DNA of 64,000 nt, from positions 62,001-126,000 of the forward strand of contig NZ_CP134951.1 in assembly GCF_032116555.1 (NCBI RefSeq), read 5' to 3'. Position 1 is the stretch's first letter. Every line of letters starts with the position of its first letter. Below the pieces are notes generated by a model, which ran no database searches, was not told the origin of the DNA, and saw only the letters and a list, made by a program, of their open reading frames with translations. Of this stretch, positions 55,779-64,000 are shown one piece after another. Made by a program: the position numbers and the translations under genes. The DNA comes from Halorarum halobium (lineage in GTDB: Archaea > Halobacteriota > Halobacteria > Halobacteriales > Haloferacaceae).

Positions 55779-57955
55779 CCGACCCCGTCCCGACGACCTG
55801 TATGCGGTGTGCCGTGGGCTGTGGCCACCTCCAGCACGGCGTCGACACCGGCTACGGCATCGCCTCGGTGCGCGGCGACGTCACCCACCCGACGAACCGT
55901 GGGCTCGCGTGCCAGCGCGGCATCCGCGAGACGGCGGACCCTGCGGGCGAGTGGCTCACCCGACCGCTGATCCGCGAGGGCGACGCGCTGCTCCCGACGA
56001 CGTGGGACGTCGCGCTCGACCGCGTGGTCGAGGGGTTCTCGAACGCGCTCGCGGGCGACTCCGACGGCCTCGCCGTCCTCGGCAGCGGCCAGCAGACCAA
56101 CGAGGCCGCCTACGCGCTTGGGAAGCTCGCCCGCGGCGGCGTCGGCACGCGGTACTACGACGCGAACACGACGCTGTGCATGGCCAGCGCGGTGACGGCC
56201 TACTACGACGCGTTCGGCAGCGACGCGCCGCCGTGCACGTACGACGACGTCGACGACGCGGCGACACACGTCGTCTGGGGGGCGAACCCGGCGGTCGCGC
56301 ATCCGGTGATGTTCCGCTGGATCGAGGAGAGCGCCCGCGAGGACGACAGCAGGCTCGTCGTCGTCGACCCCGTCGAGACGAAGACCGCGGGCGTCGCCGA
56401 CGAGCACGTCACCCCTGACCCGGGCACCGACCTCGCGCTCGCCCGAGCGGTCCTCGCGCGGGTCGTCGAGCGCGGGGGGGTCGACCGCGCGTTCGTCGAC
56501 GCGGCGACGGAGGGGTTCGCGGACCTGGCTGCCGCCCTGCCGTCGGTGGCCGACGCCGCCGAAACCGCCGGCGTCGACGTCGAGACGGTCGACGCGCTGG
56601 CGGCGGCGTTCGCCGACCCAACCCTGGTCTACTGGGGGATGGGCGTGAACCAGAGCGTCCAGGGGACCGACACCGCGGCCGCGCTCGTCGACCTCTGCCT
56701 GGCGACCGGGAACCTCGGTCCGGGCACGGGGCCGTTCTCGCTCACCGGCCAGGCGAACTCGATGGGCACGCGCGTCGTCTCCTCGAAGGGGTCCTGGCCC
56801 GGACAGCGCTCGTTCACGGACCCCGACGAGCGCCGGGTCGTCGCCGAGGCGTGGTCGGTCCCCGTCGACCGCCTGCCCGCCGACCCCGGCCCAGGCCCGG
56901 TGGGAACCGTCGAGGCCGTCGAGGACGGCCCGGTGGAGGCCGTCTGGGCCGTCGCCACGAACCCGGTTGCGGGGATGCCCGACGGCTCCGTCGTCCGCAA
57001 GCGCCTCGAGGACGCGTTCCTCGTCGTTCAGGACGCCTTCCACACCGAGACGGCCGAGGTCGCCGACGTGGTGCTCCCGGCGGCGACGTGGGGCGAGTCC
57101 GACGGCACGACGACGAACATGGAGCGCCGGGTCTCGCGCGTCCGCCCGGCGATGGACGTGCCGCCGGGGGTCCGGACCGACCTCGACGCCATCACGACGG
57201 TCGGCGACCGGCTCGTCCCGGGGCTGTTCGACGCGACCGAACCCGAAGCGGTCTTCGAGGAACTGGCCGCGCTCACCGCCGGCACGCCCGCCGACCTGTC
57301 GGGCATCAGCTACGACCGGCTGGACGCGGCGGGAGCGGTCCGCTGGCCGGCGCCCGACGCCGTCTCGGAGGGCGGCTACCGCTACCTCGCGGACGGCGCG
57401 GCCGGCGAGCCGGACGGTTGGACGTTCGAGACTCCGTCGGGCCGGGCGCGGTTCTCGTCGGCCCGCCACGCCGGCGTCCCCGAGCCCGTCGACGACGACT
57501 ACCCGCTCACGCTGACGACCGGCCGCGAGGCCGACGGCTACAACACCGGCGTCCGGTCGCGCGACGCGGACTCGCCCGCCTCGCCGCTGGCTCGTGTCAA
57601 CCCGGCGACGCTCGACGCGACGGGCGTCGCGGCGGCGACGGGAACTGGCAGCGGCGACGGCGACGCAACCCCCGGGGACGAAGGCGACCACGGCGACCGG
57701 GGCGACGGCGGAGCGACCGCGCTGCTCGACTCCCGCCGCGGGCGCGTGCCGGTCCGCGTCGATTCCGACCCGGCGGTCCCGGAGGGGCTCGTCTGGCTCC
57801 CGATCCACCACCCGCGGACGAACGAGCTGACGCTGCCCGAAACCGACCCCCGCTCCGACGAGCCGAACTTCAAGCAGTGCGCGGTCCGGCTAACGCCGGC
57901 GACGGGGACGGGCGAGAGCGCCGTCGCGGACGCGGAGGCGATCCGCGGTGACTAG
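55775..57955 (+). CDS. nasA: Assimilatory nitrate reductase (Mo-bisPGD)
   Basis: CMRCAVGC...C, NTTLCMASA, WGANP, TGQANSMG, LTLTTGR, DPRSDEPNFKQ. Confidence 0.92.
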   Translation: MTDPVPTTCMRCAVGCGHLQHGVDTGYGIASVRGDVTHPTNRGLACQRGIRETADPAGEWLTRPLIREGDALLPTTWDVALDRVVEGFSNALAGDSDGLAVLGSGQQTNEAAYALGKLARGGVGTRYYDANTTLCMASAVTAYYDAFGSDAPPCTYDDVDDAATHVVWGANPAVAHPVMFRWIEESAREDDSRLVVVDPVETKTAGVADEHVTPDPGTDLALARAVLARVVERGGVDRAFVDAATEGFADLAAALPSVADAAETAGVDVETVDALAAAFADPTLVYWGMGVNQSVQGTDTAAALVDLCLATGNLGPGTGPFSLTGQANSMGTRVVSSKGSWPGQRSFTDPDERRVVAEAWSVPVDRLPADPGPGPVGTVEAVEDGPVEAVWAVATNPVAGMPDGSVVRKRLEDAFLVVQDAFHTETAEVADVVLPAATWGESDGTTTNMERRVSRVRPAMDVPPGVRTDLDAITTVGDRLVPGLFDATEPEAVFEELAALTAGTPADLSGISYDRLDAAGAVRWPAPDAVSEGGYRYLADGAAGEPDGWTFETPSGRARFSSARHAGVPEPVDDDYPLTLTTGREADGYNTGVRSRDADSPASPLARVNPATLDATGVAAATGTGSGDGDATPGDEGDHGDRGDGGATALLDSRRGRVPVRVDSDPAVPEGLVWLPIHHPRTNELTLPETDPRSDEPNFKQCAVRLTPATGTGESAVADAEAIRGD

Positions 57956-59276
57956 CAAGGTCGAACAGCTCTGTCTCGCCACGCTCGGGTTCTTCTGGGC
58001 GTTCCTCATGTGGTTCTCGACGGCGGCGTTCAGCCCGAGCATCGGCGTCGCGTTCGGGCTCACGACCGGCGAACTCGCGCTGCTGGCGAGCTCGGCGCTC
58101 TGGCTCGCCCCGCCGGGTCGCGTGCTGGCGGGCTGGGCCGCCGACCGCGTCGGCGCCCACACCACGTTCACCGTCATCCTCGCGGTCACCGGACTGGTGA
58201 GCATCGTCTCCTCGTTCGTCACGAGCTACGAGGTGCTGTTCGTGGCCCGACTCGTCGTCGCCTCGGCGGGCATCAGCTTCGTCGTCGGCATCCAGCACGT
58301 CGCCCAGTGGTTCGACGAGCACGAGATGGGCACCGCGGAGGGGCTGTACGCCGGCACCGGCAACGTCGGCGCGGGCGTCGGCGCGCTGGTGCTCCCGCGG
58401 CTCTACGGCGTGAACTTCGGCGACGCGTTCCTTCACCTCGGCGTGGGCGCGCTGCTCATCGCGGGGCTCTACTGGTGGCGGGGCGTGCCCGCGAAGGACG
58501 CCGCGTCGGCCGAGGTCGCCCGGTCGAACGCGTCGCTGAAGGACACGCTGTTCGTCTGGACGCGCTACTCGGCCATCGCGCTCATGCTGGCGTACGCGAT
58601 GTCGTTCGGCCTCGAGACGGCGATGAACTCGTGGCTGCCGAGCTACTACGCCACGGGCTTTGCGAACGAGATCGGCGATCTGGGTTTCGAGGGCGTCGCC
58701 GCCGTCCAGACGGCCGCCGGGACGTTCGCGGCCGTCCAGTCGTTCAACGCCTCGCTCTGGCGGCCGTTCTCGGGGTACATGTCCGACCTCTGGCAGCGCA
58801 AGGGGTGGACGCCGTACCCGGTGCTCGCGGACGACCGACCGTACTCCCCGCGGGTCCACTGGCTGCTGACCGCGCTCGTCTGCATCACGGTCCTGATGGT
58901 CGCGCTCACCGTCGTCGGGATGCTCGGGCTGCTCCCCGCCTCGGTCGTCGTCTTGGCGGCGTTCGGCGTCGCGGTCAGCTTCGGCACGGGCGGCGTGTTC
59001 GCCATCGTGCCGGTCCTGTTCCCGGATCGACCGGGGACAGCCTCGGGGTTCATCGGGGGGATCTCCACGACCGGCGGCATCGTCTACCCGGTCGTGTTCG
59101 GCGGCGTCGGGAGCATCCACGCGGGCTACGCGGTCGTCGCGATCGCGTTCTTCCTCCCGATCATCGCCTTCTACGTCCGGGTGATGGGTCGCGGCGGCGG
59201 GGTCGCGGAGGGTGGAATCGGCAGCCGGGAGCGCTGGCTCGGCGAGGAACCGGCCGTCGCCGGGGGCGACGACTGA
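57948..59276 (+). CDS. nasB: Nitrate/nitrite MFS transporter (NarK/NNP family)
   Basis: AEGLYAGTGNVG nitrate signature, FGTGGVFAIVP. Confidence 0.88.
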   Translation: MTSKVEQLCLATLGFFWAFLMWFSTAAFSPSIGVAFGLTTGELALLASSALWLAPPGRVLAGWAADRVGAHTTFTVILAVTGLVSIVSSFVTSYEVLFVARLVVASAGISFVVGIQHVAQWFDEHEMGTAEGLYAGTGNVGAGVGALVLPRLYGVNFGDAFLHLGVGALLIAGLYWWRGVPAKDAASAEVARSNASLKDTLFVWTRYSAIALMLAYAMSFGLETAMNSWLPSYYATGFANEIGDLGFEGVAAVQTAAGTFAAVQSFNASLWRPFSGYMSDLWQRKGWTPYPVLADDRPYSPRVHWLLTALVCITVLMVALTVVGMLGLLPASVVVLAAFGVAVSFGTGGVFAIVPVLFPDRPGTASGFIGGISTTGGIVYPVVFGGVGSIHAGYAVVAIAFFLPIIAFYVRVMGRGGGVAEGGIGSRERWLGEEPAVAGGDD

Positions 59277-59440
59277 TGTCCGGCGGCGAGCCGACGCCAG
59301 ACGAGGACGACGGTCGCGGACACGACGACTGGTACCGCTGGGGGCGCGCGGTGCTGTACGCCGAGATGGCGCTCGCGGTGCTGGTCACCGTGTTCTCGCT
59401 GTATCTCGCGTTCACCGGGCGGGCCGGGCTCCTGACCTGA
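59276..59440 (+). CDS. 54-aa single-TM membrane microprotein
   Basis: MSGGEPTPDEDDGRGHDDWYRWGRAVLYAEMALAVLVTVFSLYLAFTGRAGLLT; TGATG overlap with the transporter stop. Confidence 0.7.
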   Translation: MSGGEPTPDEDDGRGHDDWYRWGRAVLYAEMALAVLVTVFSLYLAFTGRAGLLT

Positions 59441-59458
59441 CGCGCCCGCCGCCCGCCC

Positions 59459-59887
59459 TCAAAACGAGAGGTGGGAGGTCGAACTCGGGCCGTCGTCGTC
59501 GCCCCAGCCGTCGTCGTCCTCGATGCCGCCCTCGTGGACGAACGCGTAGCCGTCGTCGGTGAGATACACCGTCCCGTCCTCGACGCTCACGTCGACGCCG
59601 ACGAGCGTCGTGTGGGCGGCGTCGCCGTTGTCACAGTGGCCCGAACAGGAGTCGAACGTCGACCCGTGTTTCGGACAGATCAGCTCCCCGTCGCGCATCG
59701 CGACGCCCATCCCGCGGTCGAGCCGCTGGGCCTCGTGCGTACAGCGGTTCACCCACGCCTCCACGCCGTCCTCACAGGGGACCAGGATCACCTCGTCGTC
59801 GGTGCCGTGGGCGTCGGTGGCCGTGAACAGCCACGAGCGCCCCTCGCGGACCGCCTCGACCGTCGTGAGTTCGGTGCGTGTGCTCAC
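59459..59887 (-). CDS. Rieske [2Fe-2S] domain protein
   Basis: NRCTHE...CPKHGSTFD; GTG start. Confidence 0.85.
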   Translation of the reverse strand: MSTRTELTTVEAVREGRSWLFTATDAHGTDDEVILVPCEDGVEAWVNRCTHEAQRLDRGMGVAMRDGELICPKHGSTFDSCSGHCDNGDAAHTTLVGVDVSVEDGTVYLTDDGYAFVHEGGIEDDDGWGDDDGPSSTSHLSF

Positions 59888-59973
59888 ATCCGCGAGACCC
59901 GCCCGTCGGCGAAATTTCTTTCCCTCGGCGCGTCCCCGCGACCGACGTCCCTCCGAACCCCGTGCAGGGACCG

Positions 59974-60954
59974 CTACTGCTCGGCCGGAGGGGCCTCGTC
60001 CTCGGGGCGCGGCAGCGGGAACGAGACGCCGGTCTGCTCGCGCGAGACGGCCCAGAGCCGTCGCGCGGCGGCCCGGTCGTGCGAGCGGTCGGACGACTCC
60101 TGCCGCTCGGGCGCGCCGCGCATGTTCATGAGCCCGCCGGGACCGTAGTACGCGCCGCCCTCGACGTCCGGCGCGGTGGCGGCGTACAGCGACGGGAGCG
60201 CGCCGGCGGCCGCCGACTGGCCGAGCACCGCGTTCGCCGCGCGCATCACGAGTGCCTTGAGGCGCGAGCCGTCCATCTCCGCGCCGCGGGACTGGAGGTT
60301 CGTGGCGGCGTAGCCGGGGTGGACCCCCACGCTCGTCACGTCGGCCGGAACCGAATCTGCCGCTGTTTCCGCCGATTCTGCGTCGTCCGCGCGCCGATCC
60401 AGTTCGTACGCGAACAGCAGGTTCGCCAGTTTCGACTGGCCGTAGGCGTCCCACCGGTCGTACTCCCGCTCGCCGTGCAGGTCCTCGAAGTCGATGCGGC
60501 CGTTCTCGTGGAGGCCGCTGGAGACGGTGACGACCCGCGCGTCGTCCGCGAGGTCCTCGAACAGCAGGCCCGTGAGCGCGAAGTGGCCGAGGTGGTTCAC
60601 CCCGAACTGCGTCTCGAACCCGTCGGCCGTCTCGCGCCGGGGGATCGCCATCACGCCGGCGTTGTTGAGCAGCACGTCGATATCGGGCTTCTCGCGCTCG
60701 TCGGCCGCGAACGACCGGACCGAATCGAGGTCCGCGAGGTCGAGTTCCGCGACCGTCAGGTCCGCGTCGGGGACGTCCCCGCGGACGTCCCTCGCGGCCG
60801 ACTCGCCGCGTTCGACGCCCCGGCACGCCATCACGACCGTCGCGCCGGCGCGGGCCAGTTCTCGGGTCGCCTCCAGTCCGATGCCGCTGTTCGCCCCGGT
60901 CACGACCGCGCGTCGGTCGGACTGGTCCGGAACGTCCGCCGCCGTCCAGGTCAT
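59974..60954 (-). CDS. SDR oxidoreductase (retinol dehydrogenase-like)
   Basis: [26 protein letters not shown]. Confidence 0.9.
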   Translation of the reverse strand: MTWTAADVPDQSDRRAVVTGANSGIGLEATRELARAGATVVMACRGVERGESAARDVRGDVPDADLTVAELDLADLDSVRSFAADEREKPDIDVLLNNAGVMAIPRRETADGFETQFGVNHLGHFALTGLLFEDLADDARVVTVSSGLHENGRIDFEDLHGEREYDRWDAYGQSKLANLLFAYELDRRADDAESAETAADSVPADVTSVGVHPGYAATNLQSRGAEMDGSRLKALVMRAANAVLGQSAAAGALPSLYAATAPDVEGGAYYGPGGLMNMRGAPERQESSDRSHDRAAARRLWAVSREQTGVSFPLPRPEDEAPPAEQ

Positions 60955-61152
60955 ACCGGTCCGTGGGGTGCTACGACCTAAACCTGTGGCCCCGACCGGC
61001 GCGCCGCCCGAACCCGCGTTCCGATACACCTAAGAAATAAATGTAGTATTGAAATCTGTTACGTTCGAAGATCGATCCGGCTCCTCCGGGGAGAGGCCCT
61101 CGCCGGCGGGAACCGCGGGGACCTTTGCGGTCCGTCCACGTAGCCGGAATGA

Positions 61153-61713
61153 ATGGCCTCCGAACGCGAGAGGATGCTGAACGGCGATCGCTACGACCCG
61201 ACCGACCCGGAACTCGTGGCCGAGCGCGAGCGGGCGAGGCGACTCGTCCGACGGTACAACCGGACGACTGCGGACGAGTCGGACCGACGGGACCGGTTGC
61301 TCGCGGAGCTGTTCGGCACGGTCGGTGACGACCCGTACGTCGAACCGCCGTTCCGCTGTGACTACGGCGACAACGTTCACGTCGGCGAGAACTTCTACGC
61401 GAACTTCGACTGCGTCGTGCTCGACTGCTGTCGCGTGGAGTTCGGACGGGACTGCAAGCTCGGCCCCGGCGTCCACGTCTACACCGCGACGCACCCGCTC
61501 GACCCGGCAGAGCGGGCCACCGGCACGGAGTGGGGCGAGCCCGTCACGGTCGGCGACAACGTCTGGATCGGCGGGCGGGCGGTGCTCAACCCGGGAGTCA
61601 CCGTCGGCGACGACGCCGTCGTCGCCTCCGGCGCGGTCGTGACCGAGGACGTCCCCGACGGCGTCGTCGGGGGCAACCCTGCGACGGTGATCAGGGGGAG
61701 CACGCGGGACTGA
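61153..61713 (+). CDS. maa: Maltose/sugar O-acetyltransferase (hexapeptide repeat)
   Basis: EPPFRCDYG, TATHP, VWIGG, GNPA. Confidence 0.88.
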   Translation: MASERERMLNGDRYDPTDPELVAERERARRLVRRYNRTTADESDRRDRLLAELFGTVGDDPYVEPPFRCDYGDNVHVGENFYANFDCVVLDCCRVEFGRDCKLGPGVHVYTATHPLDPAERATGTEWGEPVTVGDNVWIGGRAVLNPGVTVGDDAVVASGAVVTEDVPDGVVGGNPATVIRGSTRD

Positions 61714-61851
61714 CTCGGCCCCGATCCGCGGGCCGAACTCGTCCAATCATTTCGAACTGTCTCATGTACTGTCAGTATACATATCTTTTCTCGTCTTCCC
61801 GGATTCGACCGTCGGGAGAGCGCTTTTCGCGTCTCCCGCCGAGATGAGGGT

Positions 61852-62907
61852 ATGGACGGCGCCTGGGAGCAGAACCGCGAGCGGCTCGCGTGGGCCGCCG
61901 TCGGCCTCCTCATCACGGGACTCGCGGCCTACCTCGCCCGCTCGTTCGTCGGCTCGATCGTCGTGGGCGTGTTCCTCTACTACGCGACACGGCCCGTGTT
62001 TCGACGGCTCGCGGCCCGGACCCGCCGCCGTGACGTGTCCGCGCTGGTGACGCTGCTGGTCGTCGGGCTCCCGCTGCTGCTCGTCATCGCCTACACCGGG
62101 CTCGTCGCGCTCCGCGAGGTCGGACAGCTGTTCCAGGGCGATCAGCTCGAAGCCTACCGGGAGATGCTGGCCCCGTACGTGAACATCGCGTCGCTGGCGC
62201 GGCCGGACGAACTGGTCGGGCTCCTGGGTGAGAACGCCGACCTGCTCGCGGACTCGGCGGGGGCCATCTTCATCTGGTTCGTCCGCCTGTTCGTCATCCT
62301 CACGGTCGCGTTCTACCTGCTCCGGGACGGCCACGCTGCCGCCGCGTGGTACCGCCGGACGTTCGGCGGCGTCGACGGCGCGGTGGCGTTCGCGGAGGCC
62401 GTCGACGCCGACCTCTCGACGGTGTACGTGGGCAACGTCCTCACCGTCGCCATCACGGCGGTCATCGCCGCCGTCGTGTTCCTGGCGTTCAACCTCGTCG
62501 CCCCGCCCGACGCCGGCGTCACCCCGCCACTCCTGCTCGCGCTGCTCGTCGGCGTCTTCACCCTCTTGCCGGTGCTTGGCATCAAGATCGTCTACGTCCC
62601 GTACGCCGGCTACCTGCTCGTCCGGAGTCTCACCGGCGACGTGGTGCCGCTGTGGGTTCCGGTCGCGTTCTTCGTCGTCACCGTCGTCGTCGTGGACACG
62701 GTTCCGGACGTGTTCATCCGCTCGTACGTGTCGAAGGGGAACGTCAACATGGGGCTGATGCTGCTCTCGTACGTGTTCGGCACGTTCGCGTTCGGCTGGT
62801 ACGGGCTGTTTCTGGGTCCCGTCGTGCTGGTGCTGTTCGTCCACTTCGCCACGCGGATCCTCCCGAACCTGGTCGAGACGGGTCGGAAACGGGTGTTCAC
62901 CGAGTGA
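61852..62907 (+). CDS. AI-2E family transporter
   Basis: FLYYATRP, FYLLRDG, FGWYGLFLGP. Confidence 0.85.
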   Translation: MDGAWEQNRERLAWAAVGLLITGLAAYLARSFVGSIVVGVFLYYATRPVFRRLAARTRRRDVSALVTLLVVGLPLLLVIAYTGLVALREVGQLFQGDQLEAYREMLAPYVNIASLARPDELVGLLGENADLLADSAGAIFIWFVRLFVILTVAFYLLRDGHAAAAWYRRTFGGVDGAVAFAEAVDADLSTVYVGNVLTVAITAVIAAVVFLAFNLVAPPDAGVTPPLLLALLVGVFTLLPVLGIKIVYVPYAGYLLVRSLTGDVVPLWVPVAFFVVTVVVVDTVPDVFIRSYVSKGNVNMGLMLLSYVFGTFAFGWYGLFLGPVVLVLFVHFATRILPNLVETGRKRVFTE

Positions 62908-62969
62908 CCGGTCACCCTCGTAGCGGTCGCGGGGCGGGGGAAACGGCGGCCGGCGAACCCCGGCCCGTC

Positions 62970-63998
62970 CTACTCGGTAGTGTTGGTGGTATCAATGGCG
63001 TCGGTGGCGGTGGTACCGTCGGTCGTCTCGGTCGTCTCGTTGCCCATCGCGGTTCCGGTCGCCGTCCCCGTCGCGTCGGTTTCGTTTCCGACGGCGTCGG
63101 TCCCGGTCGGCGTCCCCGTCTCCTCGGGCGTCTCGCCCTCCTCCGGCGGGACGATCCTGACGACGCGGCCGGTGTCGCCCTCGGGGACGCCCTCCTCGTT
63201 GACGAGGACGTACAGCTCCCCGTCGTTGTCCCGCCCGAACATCCGGACGAAGAAGCTGAACCCCTCGGTGAAGACGAGTTCCTCCATCTCCCAGAGCTCG
63301 TCGCGCGGCACGTCGCCCTCGGAGGGCCCCCCGGGGGTCCCCGTTCCAGTTCCGGTCCCGGTTCCGGTCTCCGTGCCGCCCCCGGTCTCGTTGCCGACGG
63401 CCGTGCCGGCGTCCGACTCGTTCCCGCCGGCGGTCCCGGTACCGTCGGGCGTCGTGGTCGCCCCGTCGCTGTCGAACCCCGCGGGCGGCGTCGCCGTGAG
63501 CACCCGACCGTCGGGTTCGGCACGGGCCGGGTCCGAGGTCCACACGCCGTAGACGTACTTGCCCGTCAGGCCGGGGATGGTGCTCGCCTCGTAGCGGTGG
63601 CCGCCGACGATGGTGATGCCGACGCTCTCGCCCTCGTACTGGTGGGGGAACTCCACGATGGGGTCCTGCAGTTCCGACCCGTCGTAGGGAGCCTCGTTCG
63701 GCTCCGTGTCGGGACAGTCGGTTACGGCGTCGACCTGGCTCGGGTCCTCCGTGCTGAAACAGTGGGTACCCTCCTTCACGTTCCAGCCGTAGTTGCCGCC
63801 GTTCTCGACGAGGTCGGCCTCCTCCCAGAGGTTCTGGCCCGCGTCGGCGACGAACAGGTTCCCCTCGCCGTCGAACGAGATGCCGAACGGGTTGCGGAAG
63901 CCGTAGGCGTAGATCTCGTCGAGGCCGGGGGTATCCTCGCCCGCGAACGGGTTGTCCTCGGGGATGCCGTAGTTCCGGGCTCCGGCGTCGCCGTCGCC
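62970..63998 (-). CDS. PQQ-dependent glucose/sorbosone dehydrogenase family protein (5' end outside window) with Thr/Gly-rich segments
   Basis: IPEDNPF, EIYAYGFRNPF, ADAGQNLWEE, GGNYGW, FGRDNDGELY. Confidence 0.88.
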   Translation of the reverse strand, partial: GDGDAGARNYGIPEDNPFAGEDTPGLDEIYAYGFRNPFGISFDGEGNLFVADAGQNLWEEADLVENGGNYGWNVKEGTHCFSTEDPSQVDAVTDCPDTEPNEAPYDGSELQDPIVEFPHQYEGESVGITIVGGHRYEASTIPGLTGKYVYGVWTSDPARAEPDGRVLTATPPAGFDSDGATTTPDGTGTAGGNESDAGTAVGNETGGGTETGTGTGTGTGTPGGPSEGDVPRDELWEMEELVFTEGFSFFVRMFGRDNDGELYVLVNEEGVPEGDTGRVVRIVPPEEGETPEETGTPTGTDAVGNETDATGTATGTAMGNETTETTDGTTATDAIDTTNTTE

Positions 63999-64000
63999 CG

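Noticed and set aside
53861..57811. 1316-aa minus-strand ORF and the many other long Arg/Ala/Val-rich ORFs (e.g. 13171-16317, 18870-21134, 4888-6942)
   Set aside because: Shadow frames of real genes caused by high GC; no motifs and non-halophilic composition

Overview
A very GC-rich window with acidic predicted proteins, Tat/lipobox signals and leaderless or overlapping starts, typical of a haloarchaeon (class Halobacteria). Its accessory gene content suggests a secondary replicon or island, though this is inference. In order it holds: (1) the edge of a surface/glycan-modification region with a Tat beta-helix protein, an alkaline-phosphatase-family enzyme, a FemAB-like GNAT and an N-E-T-repeat lipoprotein; (2) a MacB-type ABC triad; (3) a stand-alone tyrosine recombinase preceded by a 13-6-13 lox/dif-like inverted repeat; (4) a ~26 kb aromatic-acid catabolism cluster with a beta-oxidation module, aldehyde dehydrogenase, FAD monooxygenase, FAH-family hydrolase, a scattered Liv-type ABC importer, gentisate 1,2-dioxygenase, a hidden 58-aa zinc-ribbon gene, thioesterase, two-subunit ADP-forming CoA ligase, MBL hydrolase, SLC13 permease, a second CoA ligase, and IclR with three palindromic operators; (5) an rdfA-like/Sph (SMC-like) pair and a second IclR; (6) an M20 amidohydrolase with a Dpp-type ABC importer; (7) an SDR, amidohydrolase and extradiol dioxygenase unit; (8) an assimilatory nitrate operon with two unannotated microproteins; (9) Rieske, SDR, O-acetyltransferase, AI-2E and a partial PQQ sugar dehydrogenase. 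No rRNA, tRNA, CRISPR array or transposase was recognised. The best candidate for an undescribed system is a CoA-dependent, possibly NIH-shift, hydroxybenzoate-to-gentisate pathway with its flavin hydroxylase. All functional calls come from motif recognition, not database searches.
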